Assembly (NCBI GenBank): GCA_036507075.1
Contig: DASXQR010000082.1
Coordinates: 1 to 64,000 of the forward strand
Direction of reading: 5' to 3'
DNA: 64,000 nucleotides
Source of the DNA: Acidobacteriota bacterium
GTDB lineage: Bacteria; Acidobacteriota; UBA6911; JACQSX01
In this document: piece after piece, positions 50,345 through 58,497 of the stretch
How the letters are laid out: the number at the start of each line of letters is the position of its first letter
Position numbering within the stretch: the stretch's first letter is position 1
Notes under the pieces: generated by a model
Told to the model about the DNA's origin: nothing
Databases searched by the model: none
The model's input: the letters and a program-made list of their open reading frames with translations, nothing else
Program-made: the position numbers and the translations under genes

Positions 50345-52165
50345 ATGCAAGCTCGAGCTGCCAGTCTGCTTTCCGTTCTCCTGTTGTCCAGGATCGTTAT
50401 CCTTGTGGCACACCGGCCCCCTGCGTCGTTCTGGATGCCGGTTGCGTACTTCTGGCAGGACATTCTGGTGGGGCTCGTTTATGCCCTGCTCGATCGGGTA
50501 TGGCGGCGATCCTGGGCCGGCTGGCCTCTGTATGTCGTCCTGGTTGCCTACACGGCTCTGAATGTTCCGGTCACGCTTGTGACATCGAGCCCGCTGACCT
50601 GGCCGATGTTGCGGGCGGCGCGCGGTCCTCTGTGGGACTCGTTGGTGTATCACTGCAGTCCCGCAAATATCCTGCTGCTTATTCTGATTGTCGGCTCTTC
50701 GGCCGTGCTGCCGGCGGCGTTTCGATTCCTGACCCGGCGCCATGTGCAATTTGGCGGTTTGATCTTCGGCTTAATCGCCGCCGTCGGTCCCCTGGCGTTG
50801 AGCCGAGTGGATACGCTCGGCCTGCACCGCAATGCGGTGGTCGAACTTCTCAAGCCGCTGGCTGCGCTGCCGAGCAGCGCTGGCCCGTACCCTGACTTTT
50901 CGATCTCGCGCCACTGGCGTGTCTCCGCATTTGCATCCCCATCGACAGTCGAAGACCTGTCGCGTTACCGGGGCATGGCGCGGAGTCGGAATGTGATTCT
51001 GGTAAGTCTGGAATCAGTGGCGGCCCAATACCTCCCCGCGTACGGCGGCCGGTCGGACTTGATGCCAAATTTTTCGGAAATGGCGTGCCACGGGATCCTG
51101 TTTGAGAACGCCTACGCCGCCTATCCGGAAAGCATCAAGGGTTTGTTTTCCGTTTTGTGTTCAACTTTTCCTGCTTTCGACACGACTGCCGAAGAGCACG
51201 CCAAGGCTGCCTGCCGATCGCTTCCATCGGTGCTGGGTGAGGCCGGATATCGAACAGCCCTGTTCCATTCGGGCAGGTTCATGTATCTCGGAATGGATTC
51301 AGTGGTCCATGGGCGGGGCTATGACACGCTTGAAGATGCCGGAGATATTGGAGGCGACCAGCAGTCTAGTTTTGGCGTCGATGAACCTTCCACAGTGCGA
51401 AGAATTCTCAGTTGGATCGACACGCTTCCGGCGGGCCGGCCGTTCTTTGTCACTTATTTGCCTGTCGCCGGCCATCACCCATACGAAACTCCCGAGCGCG
51501 GCCGCTTCCCCGAGAATGAAGAGTTTGGCCGTTACTGCAATGCTCTTGGCTACGGTGACGCGGCGCTCGGCCAGTTGCTCGACGGAGTGCGTGCAAGAGG
51601 TCTGGAAGAGAAAACTCTTTGGGTTGTCTTCGGCGATCATGGTGAAGCATTCGGCCAGCATGCCGGTAACTTCGGGCATACGTTCTTTCTGTATGAAGAA
51701 AATGTCCGCGTCCCGTTTCTCATTTTTGCGCCCGGCCTGTTCGAGAATCCGGTTCGAGTGGGCCGCACGGCAAGTCTTGTCGATGCAGCGCCGACGGTTC
51801 TTGATCTCCTAGGCCTGGAGCGGCCCGCTTCGTATCAAGGCCGTTCGATGCTTGAGTCCGAATCGACGATGGCGCTCTTCTTCACTGACTACTCGCTGGG
51901 CCTGCTGGGTCTGCGTGACCAGCAGTGGAAGTTTATTTATGAGATCGACTCAGGTCGCGTCAAACTCTGGGACCTGCACGTCGACCCGGGGGAAAAGAAT
52001 GATCTTTCTGCCGCCTATCCAGACCGCGTCGCCTGGTACCGCCACCATCTGGTCGCCTGGAGTGAGGCGCAGAAGAGTTACATCGTCAACTCGCCCAGTG
52101 AAGTGCGCAGTGGAATTCGGAATGCAGAATGGAATTCGGAATTCGGAATGCGGAATAAGGAATAG
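50345..52165 (+). CDS. membrane-anchored sulfatase / LTA-synthase-family protein
   Basis: About 5 N-terminal TMs, NVILVSLES, AAYPESIK, HHPY, FGDHGEAFGQH, LYEENVRVP, DPGEKNDL. Confidence 0.88.
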   Translation: MQARAASLLSVLLLSRIVILVAHRPPASFWMPVAYFWQDILVGLVYALLDRVWRRSWAGWPLYVVLVAYTALNVPVTLVTSSPLTWPMLRAARGPLWDSLVYHCSPANILLLILIVGSSAVLPAAFRFLTRRHVQFGGLIFGLIAAVGPLALSRVDTLGLHRNAVVELLKPLAALPSSAGPYPDFSISRHWRVSAFASPSTVEDLSRYRGMARSRNVILVSLESVAAQYLPAYGGRSDLMPNFSEMACHGILFENAYAAYPESIKGLFSVLCSTFPAFDTTAEEHAKAACRSLPSVLGEAGYRTALFHSGRFMYLGMDSVVHGRGYDTLEDAGDIGGDQQSSFGVDEPSTVRRILSWIDTLPAGRPFFVTYLPVAGHHPYETPERGRFPENEEFGRYCNALGYGDAALGQLLDGVRARGLEEKTLWVVFGDHGEAFGQHAGNFGHTFFLYEENVRVPFLIFAPGLFENPVRVGRTASLVDAAPTVLDLLGLERPASYQGRSMLESESTMALFFTDYSLGLLGLRDQQWKFIYEIDSGRVKLWDLHVDPGEKNDLSAAYPDRVAWYRHHLVAWSEAQKSYIVNSPSEVRSGIRNAEWNSEFGMRNKE

Positions 52166-52288
52166 GAAGTGATTTTGTCACGGTTTCGAAGTCTTAAATG
52201 GGAAGTTATCCCGCATTCGGAATTCCGCATTCGGAATTCCGCATTCCCCATTCCGCATTGCATTCTTCATTCCGAAATCCCCATTCGA
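52112..52288. repeat. 7-bp tandem inverted array (GGAATTC/GGAATGC ... GCATTCC)
   Basis: The left arm lies inside the sulfatase 3' end (GIRNAEWNSEFGMRNKE). Confidence 0.8.
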
Positions 52289-52330
52289 AAGGTTTCTCTT
52301 GCGGTCAATTACCAGGGAGCGTAGTCTACC

Positions 52331-52511
52331 GGCGGCGGTTGATCCGTCGCCTAACTCCTGTCCGGCCCGCCGCCTCTGGGCCACTTGAAGGAGCAAAGGA
52401 GGGCGTCGCCCTTTCCGGATTCGCGTGAGTTTGGTCGTTTCATCCATCGGGCTGATGCCGGCGTGCGGGGCGGGCATGCAGGTATTGGCATGAACCGAAG
52501 GAATTTTCATC
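52331..52511 (+). promoter_or_regulatory. structured 5' leader (candidate cis-regulatory RNA)
   Basis: Follows TAGTCT -10-like box; hairpin GGCGGCGG/CCGTCGCC, then CTCCTGTCCG...GCAAAGGAG stem shared with the 57467-57600 leader. Confidence 0.55.
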
Positions 52512-53843
52512 ATGACCAAACAACGTGACTTCAAGCAGCTCGTCCGCGAGCGCATGTCCAAAACCGGCGAACGCTACACCGCCGCCCGCGCGCAAATCCT
52601 GGCAAAACTGCCTGAACTGCCCCTGACGGCGGAGACATTTCCCGGTCTGCTCAAAGGCTACGATCGGTTCGGCGGCATCCAGGGCGATACCGCCGTGATG
52701 CACAACGTGCTGCGCCACGCGGGTATCACCTCGCCCATTACCGGCAAGCCGTACACCGAGGCGATGATCAATGGCCTGTGCGGCGGACCGGGATTCCTCT
52801 ACGCGGTTTTTGAATACAAGGGCTGGCCGCCGATGTTATCGATGACGCTGCGCAGTCGGTCTATGCCCGACCTGTACGCCGCCGAAGGCCTCTCGCGTCT
52901 CGGCGTGCGACTGAAAAAGAGCGAAACCACCAGCTCCAAGCCTGCCCGCAGGGCGCTTGACGAAGCCCTGTCGGCGGGAAAAGCGGCGATTTGCGTCGCC
53001 GACATTGCCACGCTTCCCTGGTACGGCCTGCCTCACGAGTTCGCCGGCGGCTCGCCGCACATGATCGCTGTGATCGGCCGCGACGGCGACGACGTCTGGA
53101 TCGATGATCGGCCCCCGCGGCCGATCCGCCTGAGTATCAATCAGCTCGACAAAGCCCGAGCTTGCTACCGGCGGGCGAAGAACCGCCTGATCACTGTGGA
53201 GGGCCCGCAGCCAAAGTACGATGCCAGGCAGGCGATCCGGGACGCGATTGCCGACACGGTCCGATCTTATGTCGAACCGGCCGTGCCTCGCTCGTTCTGG
53301 GTCAACTGTGGATTCTCCGGCATTGACAAGTGGCGGCAGATGCTCACCGACCGCAAGGACAAGAAGGGCTGGCCGAGTGTGTTCGCCGAGGCCGGCCTTG
53401 CATACGCCGGGCTGCATCGCGCCTACCAGTGCATCGAGCATGAATCAACGGCTCCGTCTGCCGGGCGCGGGTTCTACGCCGATTTCCTGGATGAAGCCGC
53501 CGGGGCGCTCATTCAGCCGATCCTGAAACAGGCGGCGACGGCGTATCGTCAGACCGGTGACCTGTGGGCGCAGGTGTCGGGCCTGATCACCGAGTGTCCC
53601 GATCCTGCGGTGCGCCAGGCATGTGAGATTTCGGATCGACGACTGGAGCTTGGCGATGCGCACGGCGAAAGTATTTCAAAGGAATCGTCCGAGCTGTGGC
53701 AAAAGCGCCACAAACTCGCCGCCGAATGCAAGCTCACCAAAGAAGCCGCCCTGTCGCTCTACACAAAGATGGCAGACATCGTCGGCCAAATCAGCCAAGC
53801 CGAGCACTCGGCCGTGGATCTGCTGAACCGCTCGCTGGGGTGA
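52512..53843 (+). CDS. BtrH N-terminal/DUF4872-like protein with a basic N-terminal helical domain
   Basis: N-terminus MTKQRDFKQLVRERMSKTGERYTAARAQIL; YTEAMINGLCGGPGFLY, DIATLPW, HMIAVIG, GRGFYADFLDEAA. Confidence 0.8.
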   Translation: MTKQRDFKQLVRERMSKTGERYTAARAQILAKLPELPLTAETFPGLLKGYDRFGGIQGDTAVMHNVLRHAGITSPITGKPYTEAMINGLCGGPGFLYAVFEYKGWPPMLSMTLRSRSMPDLYAAEGLSRLGVRLKKSETTSSKPARRALDEALSAGKAAICVADIATLPWYGLPHEFAGGSPHMIAVIGRDGDDVWIDDRPPRPIRLSINQLDKARACYRRAKNRLITVEGPQPKYDARQAIRDAIADTVRSYVEPAVPRSFWVNCGFSGIDKWRQMLTDRKDKKGWPSVFAEAGLAYAGLHRAYQCIEHESTAPSAGRGFYADFLDEAAGALIQPILKQAATAYRQTGDLWAQVSGLITECPDPAVRQACEISDRRLELGDAHGESISKESSELWQKRHKLAAECKLTKEAALSLYTKMADIVGQISQAEHSAVDLLNRSLG

Positions 53844-53938
53844 GACTTGGGCATACGGCCTGCGGACCGCAACTGGTCATTGGTCATCCGTCATTAGTCA
53901 CCACGACTTCAAACTTCTTACGGTTCCGTCTTCCTTTC

Positions 53939-56900
53939 TCAGACGTCATAGTTCACGCGAACGTGCGCCGGAAAGACTTTCGTACCTTCCAGCGTAACGT
54001 TGGGTAATCCGCTGAGTTCTACCTCGCGCAGGCGCGGCAGCTTTGCGAGATGGGCGAGGCCCGCATCGCTTACGCCCTTAGTCTCGAAGAACTCGACCTT
54101 TTCCAGCGAGGTCATGCTGCCCAGGATCTCCAGGCTGCGGTCGGTAATCTGCGTCAGGCCCGCGTAATAGTACTTCAGTTGCAGCGCCGCGATGTGCCCG
54201 GTAGCAACATCGGTCGTGTCGCGGCAGTACATGCATGTTAAGCGTTCCATCCGCTGGCAGCGGCCTACATGGCGGAAGCCATCATCCTGAAAGCCAATGG
54301 GCGTAAGCTCCCGAAGCGCGGGGAACTGCGGCAAAGTACACAGCGCGGCGTCATCCACATTCTTGCAACCGATGCCAAAGCCTCGCAGCGCCGGCATCTT
54401 CGAGAGCGCGACAAATCCCCGGCTCCCGAAATTCGGGCACTCGCGTCCCCAAATGAATTCGATCGTTTTGGACCGGCTTAGCGCGGCGAACCCGTCGTCC
54501 GTGGCGACCGATTCCTGCGCTCGCAGCCTGCGCAGGCTCGGCATGGCCGCGATGTGCCGCATGGCTGTGTTGTCACTCAACTTTCCATCACAGCCGAGAG
54601 ACGCAAGATTCGGAAGACGCACCAGCACTGCGAAGCCATCGCTAGTAATGCCCGTTACATGCCAGAACAGGTCGAGTGCGTACAGGCCCTTCAACCCGGC
54701 GAGGCTCGCGAGACCGTGGTTAGTGAATGGCCCGTCGACAAGCAGGTGTGTGGGTTCGTCGCTTGGGTCCTTTGGCTCGCGGGGAAGTTCTCCTCCATGC
54801 CACGTTTTGAACATCGGGAATTCGTGCAGGAGAGGCAGTCCTTCATCCGTGACCAGCCGGCCGGTATCGAGCCGCCGCAGGCGGGGCTTTCCGCGCAGCG
54901 CTTCAATGACGCCATCGCCAGTAGGAGAGCCCATCAAATTCACGCTCTCGAGTTGATGGCAGAATCGCAGGTTGGCGACTCCTTTGTCCGAGATGCCTTT
55001 CTGCCAGGTCATCTCGAAGGTGCGAAGTTCGGGCAAGTGACGCAATACTTCAAGCCCGCGATCGGTGAGCTTACCTCCGGGACACTCGCTCAGGTTCATG
55101 TGCCGCAACTGCGGCATGCGCGCCAGGTGCAGAAGGCCGTCGTCGCTCAGACCGCGCGAGCCTCCGAGGATCAGGCTGGTGACGAAATCGAGTTCGGCGA
55201 TGCGCTTCAGCGCATCGTCGGTCATCATGCCGTTTGCTTCCAGCGCCGTAATCCGGCGCTCCTTCATCACGTTGATGATCGTGTCCCAATCCTTGTCGGT
55301 CGGCATCCGGCGCGGGGCAATCTTGTTTTCTTTCTCGTCGACGGCGTACGGCTCGCCCGGCGGCGGAGCACCCTTGGCTACCGCTTCGGTCAATGCTGTC
55401 CAATTAGGAAAACCCGCTGTACGTGCGATGAGCTCTTGCGCTTCGGCGATCCCGAACGCTTCGGCAGACCCACCGGCTTGCCGGACTTTGTAAACGAGCC
55501 TCCACACGGTGGCACGGAGATCGTCTACGGTGGCTGAGCGCCCGTAATGCTCGTTGATGCGCTGCATAGCTTTGGCATCACCGGTCGCATAGACGGTCAC
55601 CATGTTTTTGGCGAGGTTTTCGTATTTCGCAACGTCTGGCGCGAACAGCTCTGGAGGCTCGTCTGGCGGCGCTGCGCCCTCGGCCGCCGCGAGCCGGTCG
55701 GCAGCCGCGTCGAGCCCACGACGTCGCGCCACCTGGGCCGCCGTCAAACCGTCTTGTGTGCGGCGAAATCTCGCATCGGCGCCGTACGACAGAAATAAAT
55801 CAACCAGTTCGAGGGCTTTTTGTTCGTCCTCCGGCAGCCAGAAGAGGGGTGTACTTTCGCCAGACATAGTTGCGATCCGGGGCTCTGCGCGCAGCACCTC
55901 CCGCACGCGTTCTACGTGACCGGTGAAACTCAACGCCCAGACATCACGGCTGTATCGACTAAGGAGAGTGATGATCCGGGTCTGTTGAGCCCACATCGCG
56001 AACCAAAGCGGCGTTGCGTCATGCATCGAGTCCACCGGATCAATCTTGGCGCCCCTTTTGATGAGCAGCGCGGTGACACTCTCGGAGCCGTTATATGCCG
56101 CCACGTGCAGCGGATGCTGGTTACCGCGCTTGGGGTCGGGAACATCGGGCGAAACGCCGAGGTCGAGTAAGAACTCGACGACATCTGCGCGGTCCTGCTC
56201 CGCCGCGACGTGAAGGGCTATGGACGAATTCACGTACTCAGGATGCTTTTCAATCTGCGCCTGTACTTCCACGCGATCGAGCCGGAAACACGCCGCTACA
56301 AACGCGTCTTCCCCTTCGAACGCCAGCGTCGTGCGTTTCGCGCCGCAGCGCACCAGCAGTTCAGCCATCCTGGTACAGCCCAGCCGCATTGCCTCCTGGT
56401 ACAAAGTGCGCTGCGGGAACCGCTTGTCCCGCGGAGGAGCGACGTTAGGACTCGCGCCCTGCGTGAGACACCACTCCGCTAATTCCAGATCGTTGTTCCG
56501 AAGCGCAGCCGAGAGATACCAGCGGGCGCCGCACCCATAGGAGCCCGCGTCGAGCATGTGCCATTCAGGATCATCCCAGTCGGCTTTGCGTCCCGCCCTG
56601 ACGGAGAACTCGTAAATCAGTTTCAAAAACCATAGGACTTTTCCGTGGAAGTGAATGTTGTAGTTGACTTGGCCGTCGTAGCGTTCAGCCCCTCGTTCCA
56701 GCAGCAGGCGCGTGAGCGCCTCACGCTGCGGATGCGGCGGCCGGTCTTCCTCGCCCTCGCCGATAACGCCCGTCAACGGGGTATAGCGGCTGTCGCCGGC
56801 CATGAAGTACGCGTTCGGATCAGCGCCGTGGTCCAGCAACAGGCACGCGATGGCGACGGCGTTATCGTTTGACTTTTCCAGCGGTAGCCTGGTGAAGCAC

Positions 56901-57466
56901 AGGTACAGCAGTGGCTCCCACCCCTTGGGCCCAATGTCTTTGAAAAGGTCGTCAGAGCCGCCGATGCCGGAGCGATCCGGCGCGGTGGCGGAGCTCTTCT
57001 CGCGAGCGGCCTCGGGGCGTTCCAGCAGAATTCGCTGCACTTCCTCTAATTCGCCGCACACCACGGCGGTATAGAGGCTGACGCGCGCGATTTCGGGATG
57101 GTGTTGCAAAAGGCGCATCGCGGCATGGCATGCCATCCGATGCGCCGGGCGTCCCCGCACGTGGTGGTCCGGGCACGCGTAATCCAGGAATCGTGCGACC
57201 AGTCGCGCGTGCGTGTCATCGGTCCGGACGGAGGCGGCGGGCCGCTTCTCCAGCTCCTGCTTCAGCGCCGTCCAGCCGGGAAAGCCGTATTCAAGCGCGA
57301 TTGCATGCTGCACGTCGCGAAGAACGGGATTAGAGGGAACCTTGGGATGAGCCCGTTGCAGACGCGCACGCGCTTCGGCGACGTTGGCGCGCACGCGTTT
57401 AAGCCAGTGCTTGGCTTCTTTCTTCAGGTTTTCGAGAGTGGTTGATGCGGTGAGCTGACGGCTCAT
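53939..57466 (-). CDS. ankyrin-repeat + leucine-rich-repeat protein with two copies of a small helical domain
   Basis: LENLKKEAK...VQHAIALEYGFPGWTALK and internal AQELIARTAGFPNWTAL; ankyrin motifs (LLLDHGADPN, ALHVAA, PLHVAA, TPLWFA); LRRs (LSDDGLLHLARMPQLRHMNL, ITDRSLEIL); SD GGAAGGAAGG before ATG 57466. Confidence 0.88.
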   Translation of the reverse strand: MSRQLTASTTLENLKKEAKHWLKRVRANVAEARARLQRAHPKVPSNPVLRDVQHAIALEYGFPGWTALKQELEKRPAASVRTDDTHARLVARFLDYACPDHHVRGRPAHRMACHAAMRLLQHHPEIARVSLYTAVVCGELEEVQRILLERPEAAREKSSATAPDRSGIGGSDDLFKDIGPKGWEPLLYLCFTRLPLEKSNDNAVAIACLLLDHGADPNAYFMAGDSRYTPLTGVIGEGEEDRPPHPQREALTRLLLERGAERYDGQVNYNIHFHGKVLWFLKLIYEFSVRAGRKADWDDPEWHMLDAGSYGCGARWYLSAALRNNDLELAEWCLTQGASPNVAPPRDKRFPQRTLYQEAMRLGCTRMAELLVRCGAKRTTLAFEGEDAFVAACFRLDRVEVQAQIEKHPEYVNSSIALHVAAEQDRADVVEFLLDLGVSPDVPDPKRGNQHPLHVAAYNGSESVTALLIKRGAKIDPVDSMHDATPLWFAMWAQQTRIITLLSRYSRDVWALSFTGHVERVREVLRAEPRIATMSGESTPLFWLPEDEQKALELVDLFLSYGADARFRRTQDGLTAAQVARRRGLDAAADRLAAAEGAAPPDEPPELFAPDVAKYENLAKNMVTVYATGDAKAMQRINEHYGRSATVDDLRATVWRLVYKVRQAGGSAEAFGIAEAQELIARTAGFPNWTALTEAVAKGAPPPGEPYAVDEKENKIAPRRMPTDKDWDTIINVMKERRITALEANGMMTDDALKRIAELDFVTSLILGGSRGLSDDGLLHLARMPQLRHMNLSECPGGKLTDRGLEVLRHLPELRTFEMTWQKGISDKGVANLRFCHQLESVNLMGSPTGDGVIEALRGKPRLRRLDTGRLVTDEGLPLLHEFPMFKTWHGGELPREPKDPSDEPTHLLVDGPFTNHGLASLAGLKGLYALDLFWHVTGITSDGFAVLVRLPNLASLGCDGKLSDNTAMRHIAAMPSLRRLRAQESVATDDGFAALSRSKTIEFIWGRECPNFGSRGFVALSKMPALRGFGIGCKNVDDAALCTLPQFPALRELTPIGFQDDGFRHVGRCQRMERLTCMYCRDTTDVATGHIAALQLKYYYAGLTQITDRSLEILGSMTSLEKVEFFETKGVSDAGLAHLAKLPRLREVELSGLPNVTLEGTKVFPAHVRVNYDV

Positions 57467-57600
57467 GGAAACCTTCCTTCCGTTGTATCGCCTGAAGTCC
57501 GCTGAATTACAGGCCGGAAGAAGGTCCGAGATTTCGAACGATCCAGTGAGGGTGGGAGTAGTCTCCCTTGCCACGGACAGGAGGCGCCCCAGAGCGCTCT
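57467..57600 (-). promoter_or_regulatory. structured 5' leader (candidate cis-regulatory RNA)
   Basis: TTGACA at 57636-57631 upstream; CTCCTGTCCGTGGCAAGGGAG stem; CCTTCTTCCG can pair with the SD CGGAAGGAAGG. Confidence 0.55.
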
Positions 57601-57712
57601 ACGCAAAGTCTGCGCGGAAAGGCAACTCATTGTCAATGGGCGTATCGGGGGTGTCGCAAGCAGGGCGCGAGCTTCATAACGATCAAGCTCAGCCACCACG
57701 ACCAGCGCACGG

Positions 57713-58156
57713 CTAGAGCAGCGGATTCTCCACCTTTAGAAACTCATATCCTCGGAAGTGCTTTGTGTTATGGGTATAAATTTTCGTGATGCCGTGGTAT
57801 TTCAGCGTTGCTGCAAGGACCAGGTCAAAGAATCGTTTACCTCGGTAAGGATGCTGTTTTAGGAGGGCCTCAATGATTTCAATCACTGGAGGTGCATAGC
57901 CGACGGTTTGAAGACGTGGATGCTCGAGATAAATTCTGCAGACCTCCCAGGCCTCCAAGCCCGTCAGCGGTTTGGGCAGAATCAAAGCGCTGCTTAAGGC
58001 GCTATACAGCTCAAACAGAGTTTGATGAACGATGACGAACTCTTCGTCTCCGTCACCCAGCATTGTCGTTTCAACAAACGCTCTGGCAACGGCATGCTGC
58101 GAAACCGAAGCGTTGTGCGCGTAAACCAGCATGTCGGCGTCGACTGCGCTGCTCAT
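57713..58156 (-). CDS. vapC: VapC PIN-domain toxin
   Basis: AVDADMLVYAH, QTLFELY, FFDLVLAAT, IYTHNTKHF. Confidence 0.88.
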   Translation of the reverse strand: MSSAVDADMLVYAHNASVSQHAVARAFVETTMLGDGDEEFVIVHQTLFELYSALSSALILPKPLTGLEAWEVCRIYLEHPRLQTVGYAPPVIEIIEALLKQHPYRGKRFFDLVLAATLKYHGITKIYTHNTKHFRGYEFLKVENPLL

Positions 58157-58392
58157 TCGAGCAATCCCGCCGCGCGTTTTTCGTAGAGTGCCCTTTTGAT
58201 GTCACGCACTCGCAGCTTGCCCAGTTCAAATACCGGTAATTTCGCAACCCTTCGGGACCTGCGCGGGTAGCGAGAGAGGTAATCTTCTAACCCGCGCCTG
58301 ACCAATTCGGCGACGGCAAGCTCTTTCTGGGCCGCAACTGCTTCAACCCGTTCGGCCAATTCGTCGCTCAAGATCACATTGATGCGTTTCAT
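58153..58392 (-). CDS. CopG/RHH antitoxin
   Basis: MKRINVILSDELAERVEAVA...AELVRRGLEDYL; ATGA overlap with the PIN gene. Confidence 0.85.
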   Translation of the reverse strand: MKRINVILSDELAERVEAVAAQKELAVAELVRRGLEDYLSRYPRRSRRVAKLPVFELGKLRVRDIKRALYEKRAAGLLE

Positions 58393-58497
58393 ACACTCTA
58401 AGGTACATCAATTATACATCTATTGGCAATTGGGGAGATTGAGGCCTTAAGCGCGGCCAACTGGACCTGGTGTGATATGAAAGAATGGGGCAACTTG

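Noticed and set aside
57467..57574. N-terminal extension of the ankyrin ORF from GTG 57574
   Set aside because: A strong SD precedes ATG 57466, and the extension lies in the structured leader
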